Part shown: positions 9,940 through 20,701 of the stretch, piece after piece
Numbering within the stretch: the first letter of the stretch is position 1
Layout of the letters: each line of letters starts with the position of its first letter
NCBI GenBank assembly: GCA_019695295.1
Contig: JAIBAH010000011.1
Location: 2,956 to 66,955, forward strand
Origin: Bacteroidia bacterium
GTDB lineage: Bacteria > Bacteroidota > Bacteroidia > J057
Direction of reading: 5' to 3'
DNA length: 64,000 nt
Position numbers and translations under genes: made by a program
Notes under the pieces: model-generated
The model's input: the letters and a program-made list of their open reading frames with translations, nothing else
Database searches by the model: none
What the model was told of the DNA's origin: nothing

Positions 9940-9947
9940 TATCTTTG
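9940..9947 (+). promoter_or_regulatory. putative -7 box (TAnnTTTG)
   Basis: TATCTTTG lies 12 nt upstream of the ATG at 9959, implying a very short leader. Confidence 0.4.
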
Positions 9948-9958
9948 TAATAAAAAAC

Positions 9959-10348
9959 ATGAATACTTTTCCACTTCCATTTCAATTGAGTAGCTTTTGG
10001 GTAATACTATTTATAATGTTTATCTCCCCTTCTGCTTCGGCTGCTTCATATAATCAGGGGCAACTTCCGCATTCTGTATCACATAAATCAAACCCGGCTT
10101 CAAATCCCGTTAGTAAGGACTTGCTGTCTTTTGTAAAACCTAAAGATGGATTTTATTTATTGATAGGGTTTGGCATTATTTCTTTTACCCTGACAGCAAT
10201 AACCTTACTGGCACTGAAAATTGCAGGTGTCATTACAGCTATCAGCTGGGTTTGGGTATTGTCTCCCTTATGGATATTGGGCAGCCTGGTAATTCTGGCA
10301 TTCACCCTCGCTCTTTTTATGGGCAAAAAAATAAAAGCCAACGCCTGA
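9959..10348 (+). CDS. small membrane protein, function unknown
   Basis: It encodes 129 aa with an N-terminal hydrophobic segment, a Ser/Pro-rich spacer and two or three C-terminal TM helices. It has its own -7 box, and no family is recognised. Confidence 0.4.
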   Translation: MNTFPLPFQLSSFWVILFIMFISPSASAASYNQGQLPHSVSHKSNPASNPVSKDLLSFVKPKDGFYLLIGFGIISFTLTAITLLALKIAGVITAISWVWVLSPLWILGSLVILAFTLALFMGKKIKANA

Positions 10349-10351
10349 GCC

Positions 10352-11953
10352 TTATAAAATAGTATTCACAATAAAGTCTGATTTTTCCGGATAATCCGTA
10401 GTAAAATGGAGTCCTCTGCTTTCTTTACGCAGGCTTGCCGATTTTACAATCAGATAAGCAATCGTTATGATATTCCTGAGTTCACATAATTCCGGAGAGA
10501 CTTTGGTTTTCTGATAGAATGCTTCTGTTTCATGATGTATCAGTTCTATTCTTCTTGCGGCTCTTTCCAGACGGAGATTGCTTCTCACAATACCTACATA
10601 GTTACTCATAATACTTTGAATTTCCTTGAGATTATGACCAATCAGAATCCATTCTTCTGTTCGGGAAGTACCACTGTCGTTCCAGTCAGGAATTCGCTCA
10701 TTGTAGCTGAATGAATCAATGACTGAGTTTGTAGCAGTAAAAATCTGATGAGCATAGACAATCCCTTCAAGGAGGGAGTTGGAGGCGAGGCGGTTGGCAC
10801 CATGAAGCCCGCTACAGGTACATTCACCGGCAGCATAAAGGCGGTTAATGGAACTTTTACCGTTAGTGTCCACCATAATTCCTCCGCACATATAGTGAGA
10901 AGCCGGAACTACGGGAATCATATCTTTAGTAATATCAATGCCTTTATTCAAACAATACTCATAAATATTGGGAAACTCATGTTTAAGCTCTTCCGCGGGA
11001 ATATGCGTAGCATCCAGATAAACATGAGGCATCCCGGAAATTTTCATTTCATTGTCTATCGCCCTTGCGACAATATCCCTTGGGGCAAGACTGAGGCGGC
11101 TGTCATATTTATGCATGAACTCCTTTTTATAATATGCATCCTTGAGGATAGCGCCGTGACCTCTCAGGGCTTCGGTAATGAGAAATGCGGGTCTTGTCCC
11201 GGTAGGGTCATAAAGGGAAGTCGGATGAAACTGATTAAACTCCATATTGGCCACTCTCCCCTTTGCTCTGTACACCATCGCAATCCCATCCCCGGTAGCC
11301 ACAGGCGGATTTGTCGTGGCAACATATGCATTTCCCCCGCCGCCTGTGCATAAAACCGTGATTTTAGAAAGAATGGTAACGACTTTTCCGTTATGGATAT
11401 CCAGTGCATATACACCGAAACACTCTACCCCCGGTGTTCCCCGGTTAATATAGGTTCCCAGATGGTGCTGGGTAAGAATATCGATTGCAAAGTATTGTTC
11501 CGTTATTGTTATATTGGGATGATTCTGCGCCTTTTCTGTCAAAGCCCGCTGAATCTCCTTTCCGGTAGCGTCCTTTGAATGTAAAATCCGGTGGTGAGAG
11601 TGTCCTCCCTCCTTTGCCAGGTCAATTTCTCCTTTTTCATTGGTATCAAAATGAGTACCCCAATCCATCAGTTCCCGAATACGGTCAGGCGCACTTTCTA
11701 CTACCATTCTCACCACCGCTTCATCACATAATCCATCTCCTGCAATCAGGGTGTCGTGAATATGATTTCCGACATTATCTTCCGGAGAAAATACGCCGGC
11801 AATTCCACCCTGAGCCCAGTTGGTATTGGTATCCCCTACTGCTGCTTTAGTGATAATCAACACTTTGTGTTTTTCAGCTGCTTTTAGTGCAAAGGACAAG
11901 CCTGCTATTCCACTTCCAATCACCAGATAATCCGTAAATATTTGCGTACTCAT
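10352..11953 (-). CDS. nadB: L-aspartate oxidase
   Basis: It has the FAD fold DYLVIGSGIAGLSFA plus HSHHRILH, QFHPT, GLHGANRLASNSLLE and RKESRGLHF. The start is trimmed to the ATG at 11953 (MSTQIF). Confidence 0.9.
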   Translation of the reverse strand: MSTQIFTDYLVIGSGIAGLSFALKAAEKHKVLIITKAAVGDTNTNWAQGGIAGVFSPEDNVGNHIHDTLIAGDGLCDEAVVRMVVESAPDRIRELMDWGTHFDTNEKGEIDLAKEGGHSHHRILHSKDATGKEIQRALTEKAQNHPNITITEQYFAIDILTQHHLGTYINRGTPGVECFGVYALDIHNGKVVTILSKITVLCTGGGGNAYVATTNPPVATGDGIAMVYRAKGRVANMEFNQFHPTSLYDPTGTRPAFLITEALRGHGAILKDAYYKKEFMHKYDSRLSLAPRDIVARAIDNEMKISGMPHVYLDATHIPAEELKHEFPNIYEYCLNKGIDITKDMIPVVPASHYMCGGIMVDTNGKSSINRLYAAGECTCSGLHGANRLASNSLLEGIVYAHQIFTATNSVIDSFSYNERIPDWNDSGTSRTEEWILIGHNLKEIQSIMSNYVGIVRSNLRLERAARRIELIHHETEAFYQKTKVSPELCELRNIITIAYLIVKSASLRKESRGLHFTTDYPEKSDFIVNTIL

Positions 11954-12050
11954 GTTTATAAATATTAATATCCGGGCACCCTTTTGCTCTGAACAAGGAA
12001 ACCCCGTAAACAATATGCAAAGATAAGGGATAAACCTTAAATAAAAATAT

Positions 12051-14858
12051 TTATTTCACTAAGAGCACCCAGCCTTTCATTACTTTGGATTCGTTTCCGG
12101 CAAGTTTTTGCTCTTCGTATTCAATTACATAATAATAAACGCCAAACGACATTTCTTTTCCATTGCTGTCCATTCTGCCGTCCCAAAGATTTTGAATATC
12201 ATTTTCACTTTGATGAATCAGGACGCCCCACCGGTCATAGATTCCGATTTTTTTCAGCACTACCGCCCGGGAAATTATGGGTTGAAAAATATCATGCATT
12301 CCATCATTGTTGGGACTGAATACATTAGGCAAAGAAAACTCAGGGCAATAATCAATACATACAGGAGACGACAAAGCGGAAGTATTCCCATATACATTCG
12401 TTGCACTGATAGCATAGCAACCGGCATAATAACTCTGATTGTTTCCGTAATCGAGGGTAAAGGTAGTATCATTGAGGAAGTTATAGGGCAATGTCTGTAC
12501 CGGGACATAGGGCCCGCTGAAACTCGTGGCATAATGTAACTGAAGCTGTACTGTCAAATCATCACATGAACCCTGTTGTTTTTCAATGTGTATCGTATGC
12601 TGATAGCTATAACAATTTCCTGAAACTGTGGCTATTGGATTGCAGGGAGGCGTATTTTCTCTCGGATAAGCGCAATCCTGATTGGAGTCATTGATTAAAA
12701 CCGGTTTTATTCCGGCCACATTATGACTTCCTTCTGAACGGATAAAATAGCAGTATCTTGTATCAGGATTTAAGCCCACGTCCTGATAGTGATATTCCTC
12801 TGTTCCTGTAGCCACAATCGTAGCAATCAGGGTAACTGCCCCTCCGTTCCCGCTTCTGTAAATACTGTACTCCGTATTCACCCAGGCTGGATTAACCTTC
12901 CAGGTGAGGTCTGTCACACCCGCATCGGCCTGAACCGATAAATAGATAGAAGAGCTGGTTTTTTTGAGCGGACTCCCCGTTGGAATAACCATGCCTTTAC
13001 TGTCTAACAATTCTACTTTGTAATTATATCCGCGGATTTCGGTATTCAGGTTTATATCGGTAAAAGTAGTGTCATTCAACCCGAAAGTACCCACCGGAAT
13101 CACCGGATACTGATTATTATTGGCACGGTAAAGCTGATAATTATAGGGTGGAGTAAAGAACGGGTCTATTGTATCCGGTTTTGACCATGAAAGAAAGATA
13201 CTTCCATTTACTTCGTCCGTAGCGATAACACTATTATTGGTAATATAAAGGGTGTCAGTCAGGAAAGAAATACACACCAGATTGGAAGCGCAACTTTCCA
13301 GATCCGGATTAAAGGCAGGACCGTACATCGCTGTTACCAGATAACAGATTTTATCGGAGAAAAGTATATTCGGATTATTGAGCGAATCTACAAAAGAAGT
13401 ATTTGCCCAGCCTGATATATAAGTCAGTTTCTGAAATCCTGCCATTGCCGGGGATTGATCGCAACATACTGTATCCTGAGAGAAGATGCTTTCCCCCAGT
13501 CTCCTGTACACATTATAGCCAATCGCATTGCTGCATTCGGTTGGATTCCAGTTTAGCTGAACGGTGTGATTGGATTTAGTGACTGTCAGTTGAGTGGGAG
13601 CAGGCGGAATAACGTGAATAGAAACCGCTTTATTGGCGGTAAGCATCGCATTGCCTGCACTTCCGATATAAGAAAGGTTATCATGTGCAAAGAAATCTAC
13701 CTGATAGGGAGTTTTCCGGATATTATCACATAAAGTGACCCAAATTACTTCCCCTTTTATCGTATCATTTTTTAAGCCTACAGGAAGTATTACTCCTCCG
13801 GGTGGATTGGAAAGTGCAATCACAGCGGGATTATTTACTGCAAAAGGGCCGTTATTTCCAATACTTGCGTTGTTGAGGGCAAGATAAACACTGTCATTCT
13901 CATTAGGGTCCCAGGCCATAAATGCAAAGCGCAGAGTATCATTGGCATGAACACAGGTATCGGTAATCGTTTCGATAACGGGCGGGTCATTATTACAGTT
14001 TTTTACAATGATTACCATATCTCTCATTACTTTCCCCAACAGTACACCGTTTCTGTATTCTTCCACTACAAAGGCAAAGTTAAAAACGCCTATCATTTGC
14101 GGTGTATTCCAGGTAACGATTCCAGTAAGGGGATTTATATCAAAGGAACTTGCGCCAAAATCAGAAGCGTCCGGAAACTGATATCCTGTAGCAGGAATGG
14201 GATTGTAGGGTCCGTTATCGGAATCATATTGCTGGGAAGGCACAAGACTATATACGAGAGAATCGCCGTCTGCGTCAAATCCGCCGGGATTGTGGGTCCA
14301 TAGTTTACCCTTACAGGCTTCATCCAAAGGGCGATTCAGCAAAACCGGGGTATTATTTATACCAATCAGCGGATTGGTAATGAAAAGCTCTGTTTCAATA
14401 TAAAAATTCACATCTCCGGGATTAGATATATTGGCAATATCTGCCCTTCGGGTAGGGTCAAAATAACGAATCAGAAACCTGCCGGGCCCGGGAAAGGTAT
14501 ATTGCGTGCGATAAATATTTTCTTTAACCGTTTGATATACAGGCACTCCCAGATGGGAATTGGAAAGATTGCAGTTGGGTTGATTGGGAGCAAGCGGACC
14601 GTTTTCTCTGGGGATATCCTGAATCTCAGTAATTTTCACACCGGAAGCATTCCATATTTCCAGTGTAGCAGAACATCTGTCCACCTGGGCTGGAGCAGGG
14701 TCAGTATAAGTAGTCAGCAATAATTCATACTTATTCGTTCCTGTATATTTACAGGTAATCTGACCTGCAAGATTATGAGAAGCAAAGGTCATATTTATAT
14801 TTATCAGTACCATTAAGAATGCTACTAACCGGAAAGCAGAATGAAGTAAATTAACCAT
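12051..14858 (-). CDS. large Cys-rich surface protein with a T9SS type-B (gliding motility-associated) C-terminal domain
   Basis: The C-terminus LPNVFSPNNDGMHDIFQP...IYDRWGVLIH...WDGRMDSNGKEMSFGVYYYVIEY matches the type-B CTD signature. The start is trimmed to the ATG at 14858 (MVNLLHSAFRLVAFLMVL..., a signal-like sequence). Confidence 0.75.
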   Translation of the reverse strand: MVNLLHSAFRLVAFLMVLININMTFASHNLAGQITCKYTGTNKYELLLTTYTDPAPAQVDRCSATLEIWNASGVKITEIQDIPRENGPLAPNQPNCNLSNSHLGVPVYQTVKENIYRTQYTFPGPGRFLIRYFDPTRRADIANISNPGDVNFYIETELFITNPLIGINNTPVLLNRPLDEACKGKLWTHNPGGFDADGDSLVYSLVPSQQYDSDNGPYNPIPATGYQFPDASDFGASSFDINPLTGIVTWNTPQMIGVFNFAFVVEEYRNGVLLGKVMRDMVIIVKNCNNDPPVIETITDTCVHANDTLRFAFMAWDPNENDSVYLALNNASIGNNGPFAVNNPAVIALSNPPGGVILPVGLKNDTIKGEVIWVTLCDNIRKTPYQVDFFAHDNLSYIGSAGNAMLTANKAVSIHVIPPAPTQLTVTKSNHTVQLNWNPTECSNAIGYNVYRRLGESIFSQDTVCCDQSPAMAGFQKLTYISGWANTSFVDSLNNPNILFSDKICYLVTAMYGPAFNPDLESCASNLVCISFLTDTLYITNNSVIATDEVNGSIFLSWSKPDTIDPFFTPPYNYQLYRANNNQYPVIPVGTFGLNDTTFTDINLNTEIRGYNYKVELLDSKGMVIPTGSPLKKTSSSIYLSVQADAGVTDLTWKVNPAWVNTEYSIYRSGNGGAVTLIATIVATGTEEYHYQDVGLNPDTRYCYFIRSEGSHNVAGIKPVLINDSNQDCAYPRENTPPCNPIATVSGNCYSYQHTIHIEKQQGSCDDLTVQLQLHYATSFSGPYVPVQTLPYNFLNDTTFTLDYGNNQSYYAGCYAISATNVYGNTSALSSPVCIDYCPEFSLPNVFSPNNDGMHDIFQPIISRAVVLKKIGIYDRWGVLIHQSENDIQNLWDGRMDSNGKEMSFGVYYYVIEYEEQKLAGNESKVMKGWVLLVK

Positions 14859-15213
14859 AATTTCTACAAACTTATAAAGACACAAGAAAGGATAATACAC
14901 AGAATATTCTTTTCAAAGATAGTTAATTTTTTAATAAAATGAAAATGAATTGTAAAAATTCATGTTTTAATGGTATTTATTTCGCTTTAAGTGGTTATTT
15001 TCCGGAATCATTATTTCCGGTTTGAACCTCTTTTTTCTATTCCGCCTGCGGGAGTATTTGCAGTATTGTACAAAGACCGGTTTGCATCCATTCCGGTAGT
15101 CAGTAATAATTTCATCAGAAAAAACGTTTCTCTTCTTCTATTCATTTTGAAGACAGAATCAGGAACTTTCTTTAAGCGATAACGTATAGATTTTTATACT
15201 AAAAATACTGAAT

Positions 15214-15936
15214 ATGGGCAATTTTTTATCTGCTTCCTGGGAAAATCTTGCGATGGTAAACTTTGCTGTTTCTCCTGAAATTTTAACCCCTTACCTTCCC
15301 AAAGGCACAGAACTTGACACATGGAACGGGATTCATTATGTAAGTCTTGTAGGCTTTATGTTTACCAACGTCAGGGTGCTGGGTATTCCGGTTCCTTTTC
15401 ATACGGATTTTGAGGAAGTGAATCTCCGGTTCTATGTAAAAAGAAAAGAAGGGGATATCTGGAAAAGAGGAGTTGTTTTTATTAAGGAGATAGTGCCTAA
15501 AACCATGATTTCCTTCGTAGCCAATACCATTTATCACGAGCATTATGTAACCCTTAACATGAATCATCAGTATGCCCGAAACGCTGACGGGAGTTTATTC
15601 TGGGAATATGAATGGGAATACGAAGGAGAAGTCAATACCTTTTCCGTTACAACGGAGAATACGCCCGTTTCAATGCCTGAGGGAAGCGAAGCGGAATTTA
15701 TTACAGAACACTACTGGGGCTATACCCGGGTTTCGGAAACGGAAACAACCGAGTATGAAGTAAAGCATCCGAAATGGGAAGTTTATCCGGTAAAGGAGTA
15801 TAAAATCCGCTGTCAGCTTTCGAAACTGTATGGAAAACCCTTCCAGGAAATGCTCGAAAAACCTCCGCTTTCCGTATTTCTGGCGAAAGGCTCTCCGATT
15901 GAGGTGATGGGGAAAAAGAATCTGGCGTTCGAATAA
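15214..15936 (+). CDS. conserved hypothetical protein, probably DUF2071 (YgjF/COG3361-like)
   Basis: It encodes 240 aa. The N-terminus WENLAMVNFAVSPEILTPYLPKGTELDTWNG..YVSLVGFMF resembles DUF2071 proteins, but this is recalled from memory and not verified. Confidence 0.45.
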   Translation: MGNFLSASWENLAMVNFAVSPEILTPYLPKGTELDTWNGIHYVSLVGFMFTNVRVLGIPVPFHTDFEEVNLRFYVKRKEGDIWKRGVVFIKEIVPKTMISFVANTIYHEHYVTLNMNHQYARNADGSLFWEYEWEYEGEVNTFSVTTENTPVSMPEGSEAEFITEHYWGYTRVSETETTEYEVKHPKWEVYPVKEYKIRCQLSKLYGKPFQEMLEKPPLSVFLAKGSPIEVMGKKNLAFE

Positions 15937-15946
15937 AAAATCCCTT

Positions 15947-17209
15947 TCAGGGCTTGGTTCCCAATATCGTACTTCTGTAGGAATAATGATTAATCATGAT
16001 AAAAAACAGAATGGAAAATGCGAGAATTGCGGAGCCTCCGTAGCTAAAAAAGGGAAGCGGAATCCCGATTACCGGAATAAATCCGATGGTCATCCCTATA
16101 TTTACCAGTACGTGAAAGAAGAAAATGGAAACGACGCTGTATCCATAAATCCTTGCATACCGGGTTTTGGAATATTCTGCAAGATACCGTATTCTCATAA
16201 TCAGCAGGAAAAACAATACGATAACAGTTGTTGCTCCCAGCCAACCGCCTTCTTCTCCTACAGTGCAGAAAATAAAGTCAGTAACCTGTTTGGGAACAAA
16301 TTTATATTTGGTATAATTTCCCTGCAAAAAGCCTTTTCCAATCAATCCGCCTGAGCCGATTGCGATTTTGGATTGAATCACATTATAGCCTGTATCGGTA
16401 GGGTCAATCTGTGGATTGAAAAGCACCATAATCCGGTTTTGCTGATGTTTCTGAAGTTTGGATACAATGAAGTTGGTACTGATGGAAAGGATAATTGCCA
16501 ATAAGAGCGCAACCCCATGAATTATAGCCCATCTTACCCAGTCTTTTTTGCTGTGAATAATATAGAAAACAATCAGGGTAATACCGGTAAGAATAGAAAA
16601 TGTAATAATCTGATTGTTTACCCCTAAAGTAAGCACGCATACAAAAACAATCAGAAGGCCGGTAAGTGGCACCAGGGGATTCAGTCCTTCTCTGTACAAA
16701 ACAATAATGAAACTGCCAAAAACCAAAGCGGAGCCGGTATCATTCTGAAACAGGGTAATAAGTGCAGGTAAAATAATAATTCCCAGTGAAACCAATAAAT
16801 TCCGGGTATTTTCCACCGTGTAATTCAGGGAAGTCATATACTTAGCCAATGCCATTCCCGTAGCAACTTTTGCAAACTCAGAAGGCTGAAGGGAAACCCC
16901 TCCAAACTCCAGCCAGCTTGTAGCACCGTACACCTCCTTTCCAATGACAAATACAGACAAAAGCAGAAGAATACTTAGCCCGTAAACGATATAGCTGATG
17001 GTTTCCAGAAAGCGGTTATCCAGCGAAAGAATAATGACACCCATGATAAAGGAAGCCCCAATCCACATCAGCTGTTTTCCGTGGTTAGTGCTCCAGAAAG
17101 GGAGAGTAGAAGTAGATGAAACGGCAAAGATAGCCATCCAGCCCCCAATTACGAGGAGGACATAGAGAATGATGGAAATCCAGTCGAAGTCAAAAGTTTT
17201 GCGGTTCAT
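15947..17209 (-). CDS. rodA: rod shape-determining SEDS glycosyltransferase RodA
   Basis: It shows the FtsW/RodA/SpoVE pattern (SLQPSEFAK, TDFIFCTVGEEGG, PLPFFSYGGS). It is the last gene of the mre operon. Confidence 0.9.
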   Translation of the reverse strand: MNRKTFDFDWISIILYVLLVIGGWMAIFAVSSTSTLPFWSTNHGKQLMWIGASFIMGVIILSLDNRFLETISYIVYGLSILLLLSVFVIGKEVYGATSWLEFGGVSLQPSEFAKVATGMALAKYMTSLNYTVENTRNLLVSLGIIILPALITLFQNDTGSALVFGSFIIVLYREGLNPLVPLTGLLIVFVCVLTLGVNNQIITFSILTGITLIVFYIIHSKKDWVRWAIIHGVALLLAIILSISTNFIVSKLQKHQQNRIMVLFNPQIDPTDTGYNVIQSKIAIGSGGLIGKGFLQGNYTKYKFVPKQVTDFIFCTVGEEGGWLGATTVIVLFFLLIMRIRYLAEYSKTRYARIYGYSVVSIFFFHVLVNIGMTIGFIPVIGIPLPFFSYGGSAILAFSILFFIMINHYSYRSTILGTKP

Positions 17210-17231
17210 GATATATTTTTGCTCAAAGAAA

Positions 17232-19070
17232 TCAATGCATAAAGTTTGCGCTTTTTATACGCTGATATTCTACTTTTTTCTTTATAATGGTATCGGTCAG
17301 ATATTTTTCGATCATCACGCTTGTGAGCGGAGCTGCCCAGGAGCCACCGCTCGCACCTGCATTTTCGATGATACAGGCAATGGCTATTTTGGGGTTTTCT
17401 TTCGGGGCAAAACAGACAAAAACGGAGTGATCTCCACCATGCGGATTCTGCACGGTACCGGTTTTGCCACAAATCGTAATATCCGGATTAAAAGCCCTTT
17501 TAGCAGTACCTCTTTCCACAACGGCCTCCATTGCGTCAATGACTACACTAAAATTCTCCTTTGCAATTCCGGAGTTGATTACATTGAATTTCAGTGGCGA
17601 CCAGTTTCGTTTTTCATCTCTAAAAGACTTTACTACGTGGGGTTCAACGTAATATCCGCGATTTGCAATTATAGCGACAAGGTTTGCCATCTGAAGGGGA
17701 GTCATCAGTACCTCTCCCTGACCGATAGCATTACTGATAATCGTATTGGCCTGCCAGCGGTTTTTTCCGTACCACCTTTTGGGATTATCATACATTTCCG
17801 AAGTAGGAATCTGTCCTGACTTTTCGAAGGGGAGGTCTATATTGAGTTTTTTTCCTAAACCCAGTTTTGACATATAAGTGTACCAGGAATTATAGGCTCC
17901 ATAGATATCATCCGGATATTTAGGATGATTCATCAGATAATCATAATACACAGCAGCGAAATAGGAGTTACAGGAATACTGAATTGCCCCGCTCAGTCCT
18001 CCTGTAGGGCCATGTCCGTGACAGCGGGGTTTTCCTCTGTTTCTCCAGAATCCTCCGCCGCAACCGTAATGAGTAGAAGGCGTAATCACTCCGTCATTCA
18101 GGGCAGCAAGTGCCACTGCAAGCTTGAAGATAGAACCCGGAGGATAAGTCGCCATGAGAGGACGATTATAAAGGGGCTTATTGGGGTCATTCTGAAGACT
18201 CTTCCAGTTTTTTTTCAAATCACCTCCCGTGAGTAAGGCAGGATCATATCCGGGCGAGCTTACAAATGCGAGAATCTCTCCCGTAGCAGGCTCAATAGCC
18301 ACGATACTTCCTTTTTTATTCTGCATCATTTCTTCCCCGAGCAACTGAAGTCTTACATCAATGCCAATGAGTGCGTCTTTTCCCGGAATTTCTGTTTCAT
18401 CAAATTTTCCGTCCATATAACTTCCCACTTCCCGGTTATGTACATCTTTTAGGGTTACGTGTTTTCCCTTTTTGCCAAGAAGCTCCGTTTCATAAAACTT
18501 TTCGATACCTGCTTTTCCGACAAGGTCACCGTTTTGATAGAGATTTTCAGGTTTGGCTTTTATTCCCTGCGAATCCACCTCGCTGATATATCCCAGAAAA
18601 TTGGCTCCTACCGGAAAGAGATAGTTTCGCATATTGTATTCACTGAACGATAGTCCGTAAAAATTCCACATTTGCTCTTCCATCGCATAACGGGTAACAG
18701 GAGCTATATTTCTGTAAATAATGGATTCTTTTACCGGAGAATATTTTTTAGCGGCCTTAAGGCTTTTGATTAACTCTTCCTTGGTGATATTGAGTACCTG
18801 TTCCAGAAAAGCAGTATCCGGAATGATTAGTTCATTAGGGGTAACCATTAAATCAAACACCGGGCTATTGGTAACAAATACTCCTGTATCTCTGGTAAAA
18901 ATCGTACCTCTGCTGGGAGTAATGATTTTATTTTTAATTACATTCCGGTTTGCCTGTCCTTCGTAATTTTTATTCACTACCTGAATACCAAACAACCTCA
19001 TGATGTAAATCATTAAAATACATCCGATAAAGATAGAAATAATATTTCCTCTGATTCGAAGATTGTCCAT
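17232..19070 (-). CDS. mrdA: penicillin-binding protein 2 (elongasome transpeptidase)
   Basis: It has an N-terminal TM anchor and a PBP dimerisation domain. The transpeptidase motifs are PGSIFK (SxxK), SCNSY (SxN) and KTGT. Confidence 0.9.
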   Translation of the reverse strand: MDNLRIRGNIISIFIGCILMIYIMRLFGIQVVNKNYEGQANRNVIKNKIITPSRGTIFTRDTGVFVTNSPVFDLMVTPNELIIPDTAFLEQVLNITKEELIKSLKAAKKYSPVKESIIYRNIAPVTRYAMEEQMWNFYGLSFSEYNMRNYLFPVGANFLGYISEVDSQGIKAKPENLYQNGDLVGKAGIEKFYETELLGKKGKHVTLKDVHNREVGSYMDGKFDETEIPGKDALIGIDVRLQLLGEEMMQNKKGSIVAIEPATGEILAFVSSPGYDPALLTGGDLKKNWKSLQNDPNKPLYNRPLMATYPPGSIFKLAVALAALNDGVITPSTHYGCGGGFWRNRGKPRCHGHGPTGGLSGAIQYSCNSYFAAVYYDYLMNHPKYPDDIYGAYNSWYTYMSKLGLGKKLNIDLPFEKSGQIPTSEMYDNPKRWYGKNRWQANTIISNAIGQGEVLMTPLQMANLVAIIANRGYYVEPHVVKSFRDEKRNWSPLKFNVINSGIAKENFSVVIDAMEAVVERGTAKRAFNPDITICGKTGTVQNPHGGDHSVFVCFAPKENPKIAIACIIENAGASGGSWAAPLTSVMIEKYLTDTIIKKKVEYQRIKSANFMH

Positions 19071-19082
19071 TCTGAGCGTTAA

Positions 19083-19595
19083 TTACTTTTTATAGAAGGT
19101 GACACAAATTAAATAATTAATAAAAAAGCTATAAACTGTACTAGCCACTATCTTCAGTAAAGTATAGCCAAAATTCACAAAACTGAATGCTTCAAGCATA
19201 AAGTAAACCGTATTGTACACAAAAATGAGAATCAGCAGATAGGTAAAATACCAGAAAAAATTCTGACTGCTCAATGCAAGGTCTCCGGTTTCCCGCACTC
19301 CGGAAGAAATCGTAAACGGGATAATCAGCCTTTTTACGCCTAAAGCAAAAATAATCGCTGAAGCATTAATCCCCAGTGAAACTCCTGCAATATCTACCAG
19401 TAATCCCATAAAAAACCCAATCGTAAACTCCACAGGTGCGGGGATATTTACCGGTAGCATAAAAAGAAAAAGAAAGTAGATAAACGGAATGGCAGTATTA
19501 AAGAGAATAAGATGGTTTACCAGATATAACTGGAAAAACATGAATAAGAACCCTCCTGCTATCAGTGCAGCTAATTTATTAATCGTTAAATTCAT
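19083..19595 (-). CDS. mreD: rod shape-determining protein MreD
   Basis: It is a 170-aa polytopic membrane protein located between mreC and mrdA. Its start overlaps the mreC stop (ATGA). Confidence 0.7.
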   Translation of the reverse strand: MNLTINKLAALIAGGFLFMFFQLYLVNHLILFNTAIPFIYFLFLFMLPVNIPAPVEFTIGFFMGLLVDIAGVSLGINASAIIFALGVKRLIIPFTISSGVRETGDLALSSQNFFWYFTYLLILIFVYNTVYFMLEAFSFVNFGYTLLKIVASTVYSFFINYLICVTFYKK

Positions 19596-20449
19596 TGCGG
19601 TAAATCTAATGTAAGTGAATCTACAACCACTCTGTGTTTGGCTTCCACTATATACAAATCCTGAATTGCGTCAAACTGAGTAGAAAGTGCAACTCTGGCT
19701 TTATAGAATCCGCCTTTGATGTCTTTATTGTCCGATAAAACCCCGATAATAAAGCCCTCAGGGAAGACAGAACTGTAACCTGAAGTCACGATTGTGTCTC
19801 CTATCCGGATTTCCACTTCCTGAGGAATATACTTTATGTACCCGAACCGGCTGCTGCCTCCCTCCCATTCATACATTCCCACATTTCCTGTTCTGGAATC
19901 CTTGGCACTGAGCTTGAAGTTCAGGTTCAGCATACTGAGTGCAAGACTGTAGTCTTTGGTAACCCGAATGACCCTCCCGGCAATCCCTCTTGGAGAAATT
20001 ACGCCCATTCCTACCTTTACTCCGTCATCGCTGCCCTTATCCATCGTGATATAATTATAGTTCCTTTCGGTGGTATTATTGATTGCCCGGCAGGGAATAT
20101 AGGTATAAAACTGTTTCTGGATTTTTGAAGTATCAAAGGCAGTGATTTTGTTGGAATCCAGCCTTAATATTCCCTCGGTATAATTCAGCCGGCTTTTCAG
20201 GTATTCAATTTTCTGGTGAAGCACAAGGTTCTCTTCTTTCAGAATCTGATTTTCTGTATCGAGGTTAAAATATTTTTTAACGTTTGCTCTCCCTGACTGC
20301 ATTTTGCGGGAAAGCAAAAGCACATTATCCCCAACTTCATGTCGCTGATGATTATTGTAGTTTATGATAATAATAAAACAGATTAGCTGAAGTATAAACC
20401 AATACACCAGATTTCTGTATTCTGTAAGAAATTTTAATATTCTGAACAT
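19592..20449 (-). CDS. mreC: rod shape-determining protein MreC
   Basis: It has an N-terminal TM segment, a coiled-coil (ENQILKEENLVLHQKIEYLK) and a beta-rich C-domain (GIAGRVIRV, DTIVTSG). The operon context supports the call. Confidence 0.85.
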   Translation of the reverse strand: MFRILKFLTEYRNLVYWFILQLICFIIIINYNNHQRHEVGDNVLLLSRKMQSGRANVKKYFNLDTENQILKEENLVLHQKIEYLKSRLNYTEGILRLDSNKITAFDTSKIQKQFYTYIPCRAINNTTERNYNYITMDKGSDDGVKVGMGVISPRGIAGRVIRVTKDYSLALSMLNLNFKLSAKDSRTGNVGMYEWEGGSSRFGYIKYIPQEVEIRIGDTIVTSGYSSVFPEGFIIGVLSDNKDIKGGFYKARVALSTQFDAIQDLYIVEAKHRVVVDSLTLDLPQ

Positions 20450-20657
20450 ACTTTAGCGTACTTGCAGGAGCTATTTTAAAATTAATGCACAAAAGTACGA
20501 TTATTAGTCGTATTCTACCATAAAAAAAATGAAAAACTGATGATAGTTTGGTGTAAAGAATTTCTTTACTATTTTTCCCCTGAGAATAATACAATCAGGA
20601 TTAAATATTGATAAAAAAATCCTGTACCTGATTTTTCCGTATGCAAAATCCGGAAAA

Positions 20658-20701
20658 TACCCGAAAGTAAACAGAATGGTTTTACACTGCACTTTCGGGT
20701 A
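20658..20701 (-). terminator. hairpin (possible attenuator or partial terminator) between mreB and mreC
   Basis: A perfect 11-bp stem tacccgaaagt/actttcgggta has a 22-nt loop. On the minus strand it is followed by TTTTCCGGATTTTG. Confidence 0.4.

Noticed and set aside
14859-15213. A 63-aa ORF (14991-15182) lies in the divergent intergenic region between the type-B adhesin and the DUF2071 gene.
   Set aside because: It starts at a GTG, its translation is hydrophobic and low-complexity, and it has no promoter box or motif. The region is more plausibly the two divergent promoters.
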